Assembly (NCBI RefSeq): GCF_006345805.1
Contig: NC_043009.1
Coordinates: forward strand, 53,506,001-53,570,000
Length of the DNA stretch: 64,000 nucleotides
DNA from: Octopus sinensis
Lineage: Eukaryota
Reading direction: 5' to 3'
The position numbers were made by a program, and so were the translations under genes. The notes below the pieces were generated by a model. The model searched no databases, was not told the origin of the DNA, and worked only from the letters and a program-made list of their open reading frames with translations. Shown here piece by piece: positions 28,362-39,752 of the stretch; positions within the stretch are counted from its first letter, which is position 1, and every line of letters starts with the position of its first letter.

Positions 28362-28914
28362 GTATATGCATAGATACATATATATATATGTATATGTATA
28401 TATATATTTCTATACATGTATGCTATTTGAATATCTGTGTATATTTACGTGTGCGAATAGTTACGTATGTATACACACACACACACATATATATCTATAT
28501 ATTTGTGTGTGTGTGTGTGTGTTTATTTGCGTGTGCACAGTAGGCACACATTCAGGCAGAAATGAGGATTCATACGGATGAAAACATAAAAACCAAAATT
28601 AACGCATAAACATATGTAAATATGTACGCGTGTATGTTCGCATGTTCAAGTGTGTGTGTATGTGAGTGTGAATGTATGTGTGTTTGCATGTATGCATGAG
28701 TGTGTGCGTGTGGATGTCTGTGAGCGTGTATGCGTCTGTAAATTCCAGTGAGGTGCCAACGAAATAAATATTTGGAATTACAATACATGGCTTATTGCAT
28801 AAGTATCAAAGAGAAATAATCAAAGCAAGACAAAATCAACTAGAGAATCATCCACAATAGCGTTATCATTGACACATATAAAGTGCTTATGAAAAACTCA
28901 GCAGCGCAAATTGG

Positions 28915-29010
<96 letters not shown>

Positions 29011-29016
29011 ATCTAT
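28915..29016. repeat. (ATCT)n microsatellite
   Basis: Directly visible. Confidence 0.97.
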
Positions 29017-29367
29017 GCCTATGTAGAATTATATTTACGTATGTATAAAAATAATTAAGTATAGTTGCTAAGCACATATGAACACAGAGTAATATACGTA
29101 CATGATTGAATGTACACATACATTTTATATATATATCTATGTATCTATATATATATATATGTCTGATTTTTTACTTGTTTCCGCCATTAGACTCTGGCCA
29201 TTCTGGGGCACCATCTTTGAGATTTTTGAATTTTTATGGTCGAATGAAATACACCAACACGGGTTGTCATTGGTGGTCTCGAGCAAACACATAGTCACAC
29301 ACACAAACACTCACTCACACAAACACACACACACACATGAATGTAGCATGGTCTTCTTTCAGTTTCC

Positions 29368-29603
29368 TATTTCTTTATTGCCCACAAGGGGATAAACATA
29401 AAGGAGACAAACAAGGTCAGACAAAGGGATTAAGTCGATTACGTCGACTCGAGTGCGTAACTGGTTCTTAATTTATCGACCCCGAAAGGAGGAAAGGCAA
29501 TGTCGACCTCGGCGGAATTTGAACTCAAAACATAACTGCAGACGAAACACGGCTAAGCATTTCGCCCGGCGTGCTAACGTTTCTGCTAGCTCGCCGCCTT
29601 ATA
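29368..29603 (-). mobile_element. SINE family A, full length, 16-bp TSD
   Basis: TSD tcttctttcagtttcc at 29352-29367 and 29604-29619. Inserted into a family B SINE. Confidence 0.92.
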
Positions 29604-29740
29604 TCTTCTTTCAGTTTCCGTCCACCATATTCACTCACAAGAGTTTGGTCCATCCAACGCTATAGGAGAAGACATTTTTGGGACTGATCCTGGAACCATG
29701 TGGTTGGGGAAGAAGCATCTTACCACACAGCCACGCCTGC
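29604..29740 (-). mobile_element. SINE family B 5' half (tRNA-like head)
   Basis: Reverse complement gcaggcgtggctgtgtggtaagatgcttc..cacatggttccaggatcagtccc..gtgagtgaatatggtggacggaaactgaaagaag. Confidence 0.8.
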
Positions 29741-29774
29741 TTGTGTGTGTGTGTGTGTGTCTGTGTGTGTCACT

Positions 29775-29813
<39 letters not shown>

Positions 29814-31057
29814 ACAGAGCTAATGGTGAAGGGTTATCAATCCGGGTAAAATACTTCATAAGCTCTCTATTAACACACCAGGCTAACAATATTATTTAGA
29901 TTAGTGAAGAAATCCGTTGCTACAACATGGCATTAACGGAGGCCGGCTATATGGAAAAAATCAACAACATCCCTGAGTGCGATTCGTGTACGAAAGAGGA
30001 TTTTACTCCACCTGTATAACACCACTCATGTACGACCTGTTGGGGCAACGGTGGAGTGATAATAAATAATAGGAGGAACAGATGCAAGAAGAAATTAAAC
30101 ATAAACACTAACCTCACGTTAGGGCGTCCGGAGGCTGGTACGCTCCTTATAATCAGTAAGTCTAGCAAGATAACGGAACATAATCGAAAGGATAAAACAT
30201 GCGGATGAGATTTTAGACCCACTGGTAAGAAAACAAGAACAACGATCCCCACTGAACGACAGCCAAAATAGGAACAGGGAGAGACTTGAATTAGACACCT
30301 GGGTTAAGGACCTAGATGAAAATGAGACTAGTTATAATGACAACAGAGATCAGATTAAACATAAACCGAATAACCCAGGGAGGAAAAGGGGTAAGATAGA
30401 TTATCACAATATAAATAAGAAAAAGTAATATGGTCCATTGCTCCATTTGGGGTCCAAATCGATACTAATATTCACAAGAAATTCTTTGCAGCTCTAGACA
30501 AACATTTCCTGTATGAAAGATTGTTTAACCGGTACAATGTAAAATTTGCCTACTCCACTACTAGGAACCTAGCACAAATTATAACGTCCCACAACTCCCG
30601 TAGATTAAGGGAATTATAAAGCTTAAATTCAACAGACCTATACCGGAATAAAACACATAATAAATACATGGACATGGGGGAGTGTATAAATATTACTAGT
30701 GATAGGAATAGCCATAAATATATTAGGAATAATAGCGATAATCGGACAACATTTTAGCTATAACGCTAGTAATAACGATGGTAACGACTCGACTAAAATT
30801 AGCAATGAGAAGGGTCGTGGGGGGCATGGTCTGAATGGAGGTCGAGATCGCATGAGAAATGCGAGTAATGGAGCGTAGGAAATAATGGAAAGGAAATACA
30901 AATTAAGGCTTATGGTAAGAATAATTGGGAGGACAATATAAATAGAAATGATACTATAAATGACAAGACCCGTGGCAGTGGTGGTCATGGTGATGATGAA
31001 AAGAGTAACAATAATATGGATGGTAATTGTAATGGTAATGATGATGGTAATATCAAC

Positions 31058-31283
31058 AAGGCTGGCATAAACGTTAGCACGCCGGGTGAAATGCCTTGCG
31101 ATATTTCGTCTGCCGTTACGTACTGTGTTCAAATTCCGCCGAGATCGACTTTGCCTTTCATCTTTTCGAGGTCGTTTAAATAAGTACTAGTTAATCACTG
31201 GGGTCGATGTAATCGACTTAATCCCCTTGTCTATCCTTGTTTGCCCCCTCAATGTTTAGGCCCCTATGGGCAATAAAGATATA
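31058..31283 (+). mobile_element. SINE family A nested in the Penelope-like linker
   Basis: Full head, central box and tail, between the thumb and EN regions. Confidence 0.88.
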
Positions 31284-31872
31284 ATTATTAATAATAACGG
31301 TAATGATAACGGTAATGACACCTAGAGTGGTAATATCTGCTCAGATAGTAACAATAGAAAGGACGGTGCCGGTTGTAACTGTAGAGCGGATACGGAATGT
31401 GTTTTAGATAAATCATATTTTGAAAGAAATATAATATATGAATGTACAGTAGTAATCCGGAACAAAATTTACCAGTACATAGGATGCTGCGCGATGACAT
31501 TTAAGCTCTGGTGTTACAACCACATCTCGTCATTTAGGCATAAAAATAAAGAAACTGTGACATCACCTAGCAAGCAAATATGGAGACCTAGGGTGGAAAC
31601 ACACAGGATACGAGCAAAATTATCAATCCTTAGTCGAGCTAAACCATACGAAATAGGTCGAAGTAAATGTGAACTTTGCCTACGGGAGTAAATCCAAATC
31701 CTCACGCCAATGAGTAGTTTTATTAACCGTAGGCAGGAATTAGTGATACGATGTAAGCATTTTTATAAATCGTTCACTAGATTCCCTGATTAACTTTAAT
31801 ACTATAGTGAGAGGGAGGCATAGGTCGGGATAGGTATGAAACCCAAGGGATAGATATGAATTACCTAATAGT

Positions 31873-31903
<31 letters not shown>

Positions 31904-32035
31904 TTATAGATACATACACGCACACATACATGCATACATACATACATACATACATGCATACATACACGCATATATATACATACATACATACATACATACA
32001 TACATACATACATACATACATGTATATACATGGAT

Positions 32036-32085
32036 CTATGCTGCTGAAGAGGAGATGACCACTCCGAAATCCATGCATGAATCAG
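32036..32085 (+). ncRNA. Decayed type-I hammerhead motif at the 3' end of the Penelope-like element
   Basis: Core CTGAAGA 32044-32050; perfect stem II GGAG/CTCC; GAAA; near-palindromic stem III AT-ccatgc-AT. The triplet is AUG (non-cleaving) and stem I is shifted. Confidence 0.6.
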
Positions 32086-32305
32086 TCTGTGAGCTGACTC
32101 GGTGTATTTATACATATTTTTCTACGGCGTAAACCTTTCCTCACGACAAAATAAAGTGAATAGCTTAATTGCGGGTTCGAAAATGCCTCAAGCATATTTG
32201 AACTATGAACAAATTTGTATACATACTAAAGATGGTCTACAGCTAAAAATGTTTTCCCTTCCTTAGACTTCATTTATATATAAGTATATATATATATATA
32301 TTATA

Positions 32306-32350
<45 letters not shown>

Positions 32351-32380
32351 TATACATATATACATATGTATATACACATA

Positions 32381-32426
<46 letters not shown>

Positions 32427-33186
32427 TTCCCTAACACTCATTCGGTAACATCGCTACGCAACCATCTGCTTTCCTCACACGCATCATTATCAATGTCGTT
32501 GTATGACATTTTAAATATCTTAAGTCCTACTTTTTTTATTAATTATTTTACACATATCAGTATTAATATTTTACAATTGTATGAATTTGCTATCTCTACC
32601 GAGTAACTAGACATTGAACACCGCCTTGCTTTCTGAAGGCTGTGTTTATTGATTCCATATGTTATTTTGCTTCAGATGCTGCTCATGAGTTAGGGCTTTG
32701 ATGTTGCAATGATAATAATGCTATTATCATTAGATACTGTTTCCCGAAAATCAGAAAATGCTGCTTGTTTGTTAATGAAATGGTGTGCCATTGTGTTTAA
32801 CTTTGGCTAACATTTTCTATTTAATATATATGATACATGTTGAAACAACTAGCTTTGGTTGCTATCCATATCATATTGTATCCTTATGAAATATCAAACG
32901 AAAGATATTTCTAGTCGCACATGTATCGTTAGACCTTTATAAAATTCAGTATTTGTATAGTTAATGTAACAGTAAATGTTCTCAGTTTACAACTGTTAAT
33001 CTGGCGTGAATGTATTCATTGGTACATCGGTTGTCTGAATCTGACTAAATAAAAACTGCAGTAGCAGACACCAACGACTAGAAGCTCATTCACGAAAAAT
33101 ATATTAAAAGTTTTGAAACGTTAATTTAAAGTCTTATAGGAAAGCAAACACAAATAATTAGCAATTACGAAAAATAATGACATTTT

Positions 33187-33187
33187 T

Positions 33188-33284
<97 letters not shown>

Positions 33285-33428
33285 CCTATCCATCCATCCA
33301 TCCATCCCTCCATCCATCCATCCATCCATCTATCTATCTATCCATCTATATATCTCTCTCTCTGTCTGTCTATCTATCTACCTGTTTGTCAGTCTGTCTG
33401 TGTGTCTGTCTGTCTATCTATCTATCTA

Positions 33429-33483
<55 letters not shown>

Positions 33484-33540
33484 TTATTTATCTATCTATC
33501 TATCCTTCCATCCATCCATCCATCCATTTAGCTAGCTATT
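33187..33540. repeat. (TCTA)/(TCCA)/(TCTG) compound tetranucleotide array
   Basis: Directly visible. Source of the spurious 232-aa ORF. Confidence 0.95.
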
Positions 33541-33568
33541 TATTTGCTCAGTCCTCCCTCTCTGTGTC

Positions 33569-33647
<79 letters not shown>

Positions 33648-35339
33648 ACGTGCGTGTGTGTGTATAAGCACACATACGTACATCCAGTCAAACATACATA
33701 TGCATATATAGATGAGGTGAGACAACTTGTGACACTGACAATTACAATGCGAACTTCCATTTCTTTACTTGTCTTAAACATTGGATCAACTCGTGCAGAA
33801 GATATAAATGATTTCACTGATCATTTCTGTACCTCAATAATTCTGTCATGCTATGGGCAAAAACATTTGGCGTAGACAGGTCAAACAATCGCAACAGTTA
33901 TCTTTTCAAATCATGCTTCAGTTAATTTCAAGTTTCAATTTCTTCCTTATCAAATTATATTTACAAGCTTAAAACTACTTTAGGTGATGTGACACATATT
34001 TCGACCCATAAATATATCGTACTTGTTTCTGTATTTCTCTCCGCATCTATTGTAAATCTTAAGAAATGTTTGAAATTTATTCCTGAATAAAAGTATAAAT
34101 ATGGAAAGCATAAATCAATCAATCTTCTGTGTATTGGACTCGAAAATTCGAAATTTAATAATCTTTTTTTTTTTTATTATTATTCCACATTTCCACCATT
34201 TACTATTTTAGTGTTTCATTTTATTTCCCTCTGATATCTGTCTCATTTGTTTTTTTTTTTCTTGTTAATGATGAATGTACAGATTTCTCTGTCTAATACA
34301 TACCACAGTTCTTATTATCTGCCAATATAATTCGAATGGCTGCCAACTCTATTAATATGGCTGCCATCGTCGACAAAACAGGTTACAACCTCTTTCAAAA
34401 ATGATCGTCAGATCCATTGGAAAATGGCTGGTAATACTAAAATATACAATCATATATAAATAAAAAGGCCAATATGATCTTCGAAGCGGGGCTGTCAAAT
34501 CTACCAAAGGTCTTTTATAGAAAACTAATTAGCATCTGACATGTCTGAACGCTAGTATTTTAATTTAAAGCTTGACTATCCCATCATTCCAAATACACAT
34601 TGACTAGGCAACAACGAGCAAGTTCTTAAGACACATTATTTAGGAAAGATTTTTTTCTTCTTTAATTTGATGTAACTCGTGGTCAGAACATGACATCAAT
34701 ATCTTAGACAGAATTACAGTCCAACAAATAGGTACATCCATCATGCCTTCTCGTATTCATCTGTTCTGGAATGTTCCCGCTAGCATCATCACGACCAACA
34801 ATATCAGCAGAATTTATCATTGTGGATAAAGAAAAATTCTGAAGGTGATGTAGATAATGCGGATGTGCTTAGATCAAATACTAATACATAAGGTTTGTAA
34901 GAACCATTGTAGTTACAGCAGGTTTTTAATAATCTTTACATTTTACTCGTAACAAATTAAGCTTACGTCAAACATCATTTGTCCTTCGAACGTTATTGAA
35001 TAGGTCAACCTATTCACTCTATATCCACGAAGACGACGATGATGACGATTGTCATTACCATGATGGTATAGTGAGTGGCTATGTTGGTAGGGATGAGGAT
35101 TATTACAATGAGTTCTTATATACGAAAATGACCATATTTGTACGGGTGTGACACAATTATTTCGATATTCCAATGTAATTGATTGACCCATTTCTCCAAA
35201 CTTCTAATCCTTGTACCTCTCATAGAAATTATTATTATTAATATTATTAAAGTTGTAGTTATTGCCATAACCATTGCAAGAACTTTTACACCAGTACATT
35301 TCGTACTATTATTGCCATTATTATTTAAAATGTCGCAGA

Positions 35340-36008
35340 GTATCCAATATCGTGATGTAGTTGATTGAAAATATTGTGTCTGTTGGGGCACCGTCTGTCA
35401 AATCCCAACAAGGGCCTCAGACAGACAGTACTTTACGTAATATGCGTGCAGTTCCAAGTAATACCGACTTTTGCAATACATCTAGACTGTAGGGTATTTC
35501 TAGAGTTTCCGGATGTTTTCTCAGATTCCATTGTGTTAATCCAAGTGCTCCAATGACAATAAGGATAACCTTTATATGGGAATCTCGTAGCTACCACATC
35601 TTAGCGATCTCATTCCTCAGGTCTCCATATTTATCAACCTTTTCCCTTTCTTTCATGATCCCCTGGTACTGCCACGTCAATTATTAGGCACTCTCGTTAG
35701 TCCCTCTTAAAGGTTATTATATCCGGCCTTATTTGTCTGGAAGTCAATGTCCCAAAGGATTTTTGCCTTCCCTTTTCGTTCATTACCTTTTCCGGTGTAT
35801 GTTGGTACCAAGCACCCATAATCTCATTTTCATACTTACGGTATAATAGCCAGTAGAGGTTTTGGACTACTTTGTCGTGTCTATGCTCTACTCTTTCCGC
35901 GCAAGTGTTTCACAAGCACTAACAATGTGAGTCACACTTTCGAACCTCTTCCCACACATTCTGCATCGTTGTACTTGTGCGGTATATATTCTTTTTCACT
36001 GAGCTGGT
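35340..36008 (-). mobile_element. R4/Dong-clade non-LTR retrotransposon 3' fragment (CCHC plus restriction-like endonuclease)
   Basis: Minus strand: CRMCGKRFESVTHIVSAC, HDKVVQNLYW, KILWDIDFQT, RPDII..CLIIDVAVPGD, VDKYGDLRNEIAKMW, IVIGALG, LGTARILRKVLSV* (stop 35417-35419), followed by AAT-rich sequence. Confidence 0.88.
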
Positions 36009-36015
36009 AATTAAT

Positions 36016-36279
36016 GCCGGATCCTTTCGGACTTGTTAAAATAAGTGTTAATAAAATTCTGGGTTCAATGTAATCTACTCATCCCCTCCCCGAAATTGCT
36101 GTCCTTGTGGCAACATTTGAAACCATTATTATTATTAAAGTGGTGAGCTGGCAGAATCGTTAGCATACTGGGCAATATATGCCTAGCAGTATTTCGCCCA
36201 TCACTACCGTCTGCGTTCAAGTTCTACCGAGGTGGACTTTGCCTTTCACCATTTCGTAGTTGATGAAATAAGTACCAGA
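36016..36279 (+). mobile_element. Two tandem SINE family A pieces (3' half 36016-36136; 5' part 36139-36279)
   Basis: Diverged central box and tail ending (att)n, followed by head ggtgagctggcagaatcgttagc and central box. Confidence 0.7.
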
Positions 36280-37463
36280 TAACCTATTCGTCTCTTTTTA
36301 TTATATTTTTACGCCACGATTAGCGTTCCATTCATTATTGGATACTTTTGGATAGCATTGCAGTTATGGATTACCACACATCAATGAACATTGCTTGCTT
36401 CATCGATATATTCCGTGCTATGATAAGGCATTACTTAATTGTATATATATACATATATCTTGGGTTGGATTCGAAGTTATTTCAGCCAACGATTTAATGC
36501 ACTCTTAAACAGTAAGGAAAACAAAAACCATTGCTAAAAGCACGTGTCACAGTTCATAGAGAAGTGTTACGTTTATACAAAAGCAAGAACTTAGGTAAAT
36601 GCCTTTGAAAACCTTTTAATATTTTGGGACACACAAAAGGTGATGTAAACTAACATTGTTCGTTATTTAATTATTTATGCCATATCAAATATTTCATTCA
36701 GTCTGTTCTCTCCATCTCTCTATTTTCTCTTTGTACTTTTATATAATTTTCGTTCTCTGCTTGCACATTGTTAAGCTTAACATTATTTTCGTTGTGTACT
36801 TAATATCTATTTTTCTGTTTGCCTTCATTTTGTTCTTTTCAAAAGTATTTTCGCTTTCTGCATTGTTCTTAATAGTAATCATAGCTAAGCATTTCCTTTT
36901 GATTTTCTGCTTTTTGTTATATTTTTACTTTCGATTATTTTATATTCTTTATATTGCAAATTTAATTAAATTCATGCAATCTCCTTTCTTTGTATCTTTT
37001 TTTTTATTTCCCTTCCTCTATATCTTCCGCTTTCTGTTTCTCATGTAGTTAGCACGAATTTGCACACGTTCCAACTGTTCTTCACAACGGGGTGTGTTAT
37101 ATATACACGTAATCTTCCATTTGTTCTGCGCTTTCCCTCCTAGATTCTACATTACGAGCTCAGTCCATGCTAATATTTAGCATTTCTTTTCATTGAAACC
37201 AATAAACTTTAAACTGCCCCTTGTTTGTCTCTTTTCACATTCTTCCCTCTTTCCTTTACCTTATTGTCTGCGTTATATATAAAACCCAATAAATACTTTT
37301 AGCAAATAAATTTCGTTGCAGAGGTTATATAAACAGAGAATGCTCACAAATCTAACTCAGAGAAGACATAGCCAGAAAATAACATTTGAAACTTAAAACA
37401 GTTAATTGGAAGAAATCTGTTTTCTCCAAAACTATGCCAGAGTGAATCATTTCTCCCCAATAA

Positions 37464-39609
37464 CATTGATTTACAGAGAAATTGAGACAAGCATAAAAAT
37501 AGTTGCTCTAGCCTAATTTTGGGGCACTGATTTCAGATACAGAACCAGTTTTTACTCATCACCCCTAGTTTTTGAGATATACATTATGATTTTGCGACAA
37601 TTCACGTAACGATATATTTGATCATTTTTTATTTTGATTTCCAGATTTTTGTGGTACACGTGATACATATCTCTACAATGGCTTCAGGCACTTCAAAACA
37701 CCGAGGATGCATCAACAAGGCAAATTCATTCTGCTAAGTATGGAGGTTTCACGACAGTTGCACAGCGCCGGACAATTTCTTTCCTCCTGAGAAGTGTTTA
37801 CTTTCATTATATAGACTGTAAAATTGGAGATCAGGACAAATCCTGAGCTCCACACTTATGTTATAAACCTCGCTTCAATGAACTAACTGCATGGTTTAAC
37901 GGCAAAAAAGCAGCCTTCAGCTTTGCTGTCTCGGTGGTCAGGAGAGAGTCAAAGCCATGCAGATGAGTATTAAGTTTCAATGCTTCTTCTAGAAAAAAGA
38001 TCAAATAGCCCAATCTTCCCTCAGCTATGATACCTGTTTCCCACTCAGATAATCTCCTTGTCCCTAGACACCCATCAAATAATGATATTCTTCCTGCATA
38101 AGGTGAATAAATGCCTTCAGGGTAAGATTCTGCCAAGTCGATCTCTTTTGAAGACAATGTTTCTGTTTATTCCGGATCAAGTGGCAATGAGACCCACTCG
38201 ATCACGAAGGAAGACCTGAATTACCTTGCTCATGATTTGTATCTAAGCACCAGTCAGAGCTCCTGGCATTCTGGCTTAAGCAGTGGTACCTGATGAAGGC
38301 AGATGTAAGGATCACCGGTTTCAGGACACGGAATCACAACTTTACTTCATTCTTCGACATACAAAACAGGTTGTGCTACTGCACAAATGTCCCTGGTTTG
38401 TTCACCTTCCTTGGTTTCCCACAGAATCCCACAGAATGGCATCTTCTCATAGACTCTTCCAAGCGACGTCTGATGGCTGTGCTACTGCACAATGGGACTA
38501 AATATCCCAGCATCCCCATTGTCTACTCAGTTCATCTGAAGGAGTGTATATTATATGGACCTCCTTTTGGAAACAGTCAAGTACAACCAGTACCAGTGGA
38601 GTCTCTGCGGAGACCTCAAGGTCATTGGGCTACTTATGGGTATGCAAGCAGGATTCACAATGTACTGTTGCTTCCTCTGTCTCTGGGATAGTCGGGCTGT
38701 GTCCAAGCACTACAAACAAAAGGATTTGGGATCTAGGAGTATTTTCATGCCTGCTGAATACAGTGTCCAAGAAAATCCTTCGGTGGACATGATCAAGGTG
38801 CTTCTTCCTCTTCTTCATATCAAGCTTGATTTAATGAAGAATTTCGTGAAGGCTATGGATAAAAATGGCGCTGCCTTCCAACACTTGTCCCCAGCTCTGA
38901 TTACTACTAATCTCATGGAAGGCATCTTCGTCCGAGAGGTGCTGAAGGATAAGGACTTTGAGGAGCTCCTTACCTTAAAGGAACTGAGAGCATGGGAAGC
39001 ATGTAAGTCAGTCTGCCATGGCTTCCTTGGTAACACACGGGTACTAGATTACCAAGAGTATATCTAGTAGTTGTAACAGACGTATGACGATTGGGATGCC
39101 GAATGTTACTCAAAATTCACTTTCTCCCCTCCTACCTCAACTCTTCCCTCCGAAGCTCGGAGTAGTGAGTGATGAGCATGAACAATGGTTCCACCAAGAT
39201 GTTACTAAGATGGAGAGCAACTACCAAGGCACGTGGAACTCGAGCATGATGCAGGGCTTTTGTTGGATGACATCCCGGAAGCGCAGTACACAAGATCGTT
39301 GAAAGTAACCCACCCCTAACTGTCTGTTCGAATGATTTGTGTGTATTGTATTATCCAAGTAATTTAGTTCCATCAATGTTCTGTATCTATGCTGTTTTCT
39401 TCTGTAATATGCCTTTATAACAGATGAAATAAACACATATTTTGAATTTATATGCAATATAATCAAAATGGGATATGTGAAGGCAAAATATTAAAGGTGA
39501 TAGAGCAAAACCATTCAGAAAATTGAATTCACTACGTCAAAATTAGTAAAAAATCCCACCTATTCACATACTTGCCTCAGAGCATAATTTTCGTTTTTGT
39601 AAACCAGTG
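37464..39609 (+). mobile_element. Full-length, inactive Chapaev3-type DNA transposon (CMC group, RAG1/Transib-related transposase)
   Basis: TAA TSD at 37461-37463 and 39610-39612. TIRs cattgatttaca / cactggtttaca (10/12). Broken ORF 37678-39302 with Zn-finger N-terminus (FC*.., KIGDQDKS*APHLC), LIDSSKR..VLLHNG, CGDLKV, CFLCLWDSR, LHIKL, FLGN, VSDEH..FHQD..MESNYQG.W. Confidence 0.88.
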
Positions 39610-39651
39610 TAATCTAACTGTGGAGTCCTAAAAATGATGGATTCCACATAC

Positions 39652-39752
39652 CTATGGTTTAAATAGATGCGAAAAAGCATGTATGTGTCTATTTTATGCC
39701 CTCTCGTCAAGCCACATCTAAACTTATTATACAGTATCGCGGAAGGTGAAGA
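39652..39752 (-). CDS. Candidate internal exon of an unknown host gene
   Basis: Acceptor cactttttcag| and donor ATAG|GTATGT; 101 nt, open only in phase 0->2 (SSPSAILYNKFRCGLTRGHKIDTYMLFRIYLNH). No homology recognised. Confidence 0.3.

Larger units (their letters stand above)
29811..32150 (+). mobile_element. 5'-truncated Penelope-like retroelement (Neptune-like): RT thumb, Cys linker, GIY-YIG, 3' hammerhead
   Basis: Thumb YNMALTEAGYMEKI (29921) and KVIWSIAPFGVQIDTNIHKKFFAALDKHF..LFNRYNVKFAYSTTRNLAQIITSHN (30422-30600). EN GCNCRADTECVL..NIIYECTV..YIGCCAMTFKLWCYNHISSFRH..KQIWR..KCELCLRE*..INRRQELVIRCKH (31371-31793). Hammerhead at 32036. Confidence 0.88.

Noticed and set aside
33177-33875. 232-aa ORF and the many poly-IY/CV/HT/L/E ORFs in the track
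   Set aside because: They are translations of microsatellites lacking stops; no protein signal.
34023-34082. 60-nt minus-strand exon candidate (also 42.2-42.3 kb, 55.5 kb, 18.9 kb, 17.7 kb)
   Set aside because: Splice-like signals with short open frames arise often in AT-rich DNA, and no recognisable protein chain results.
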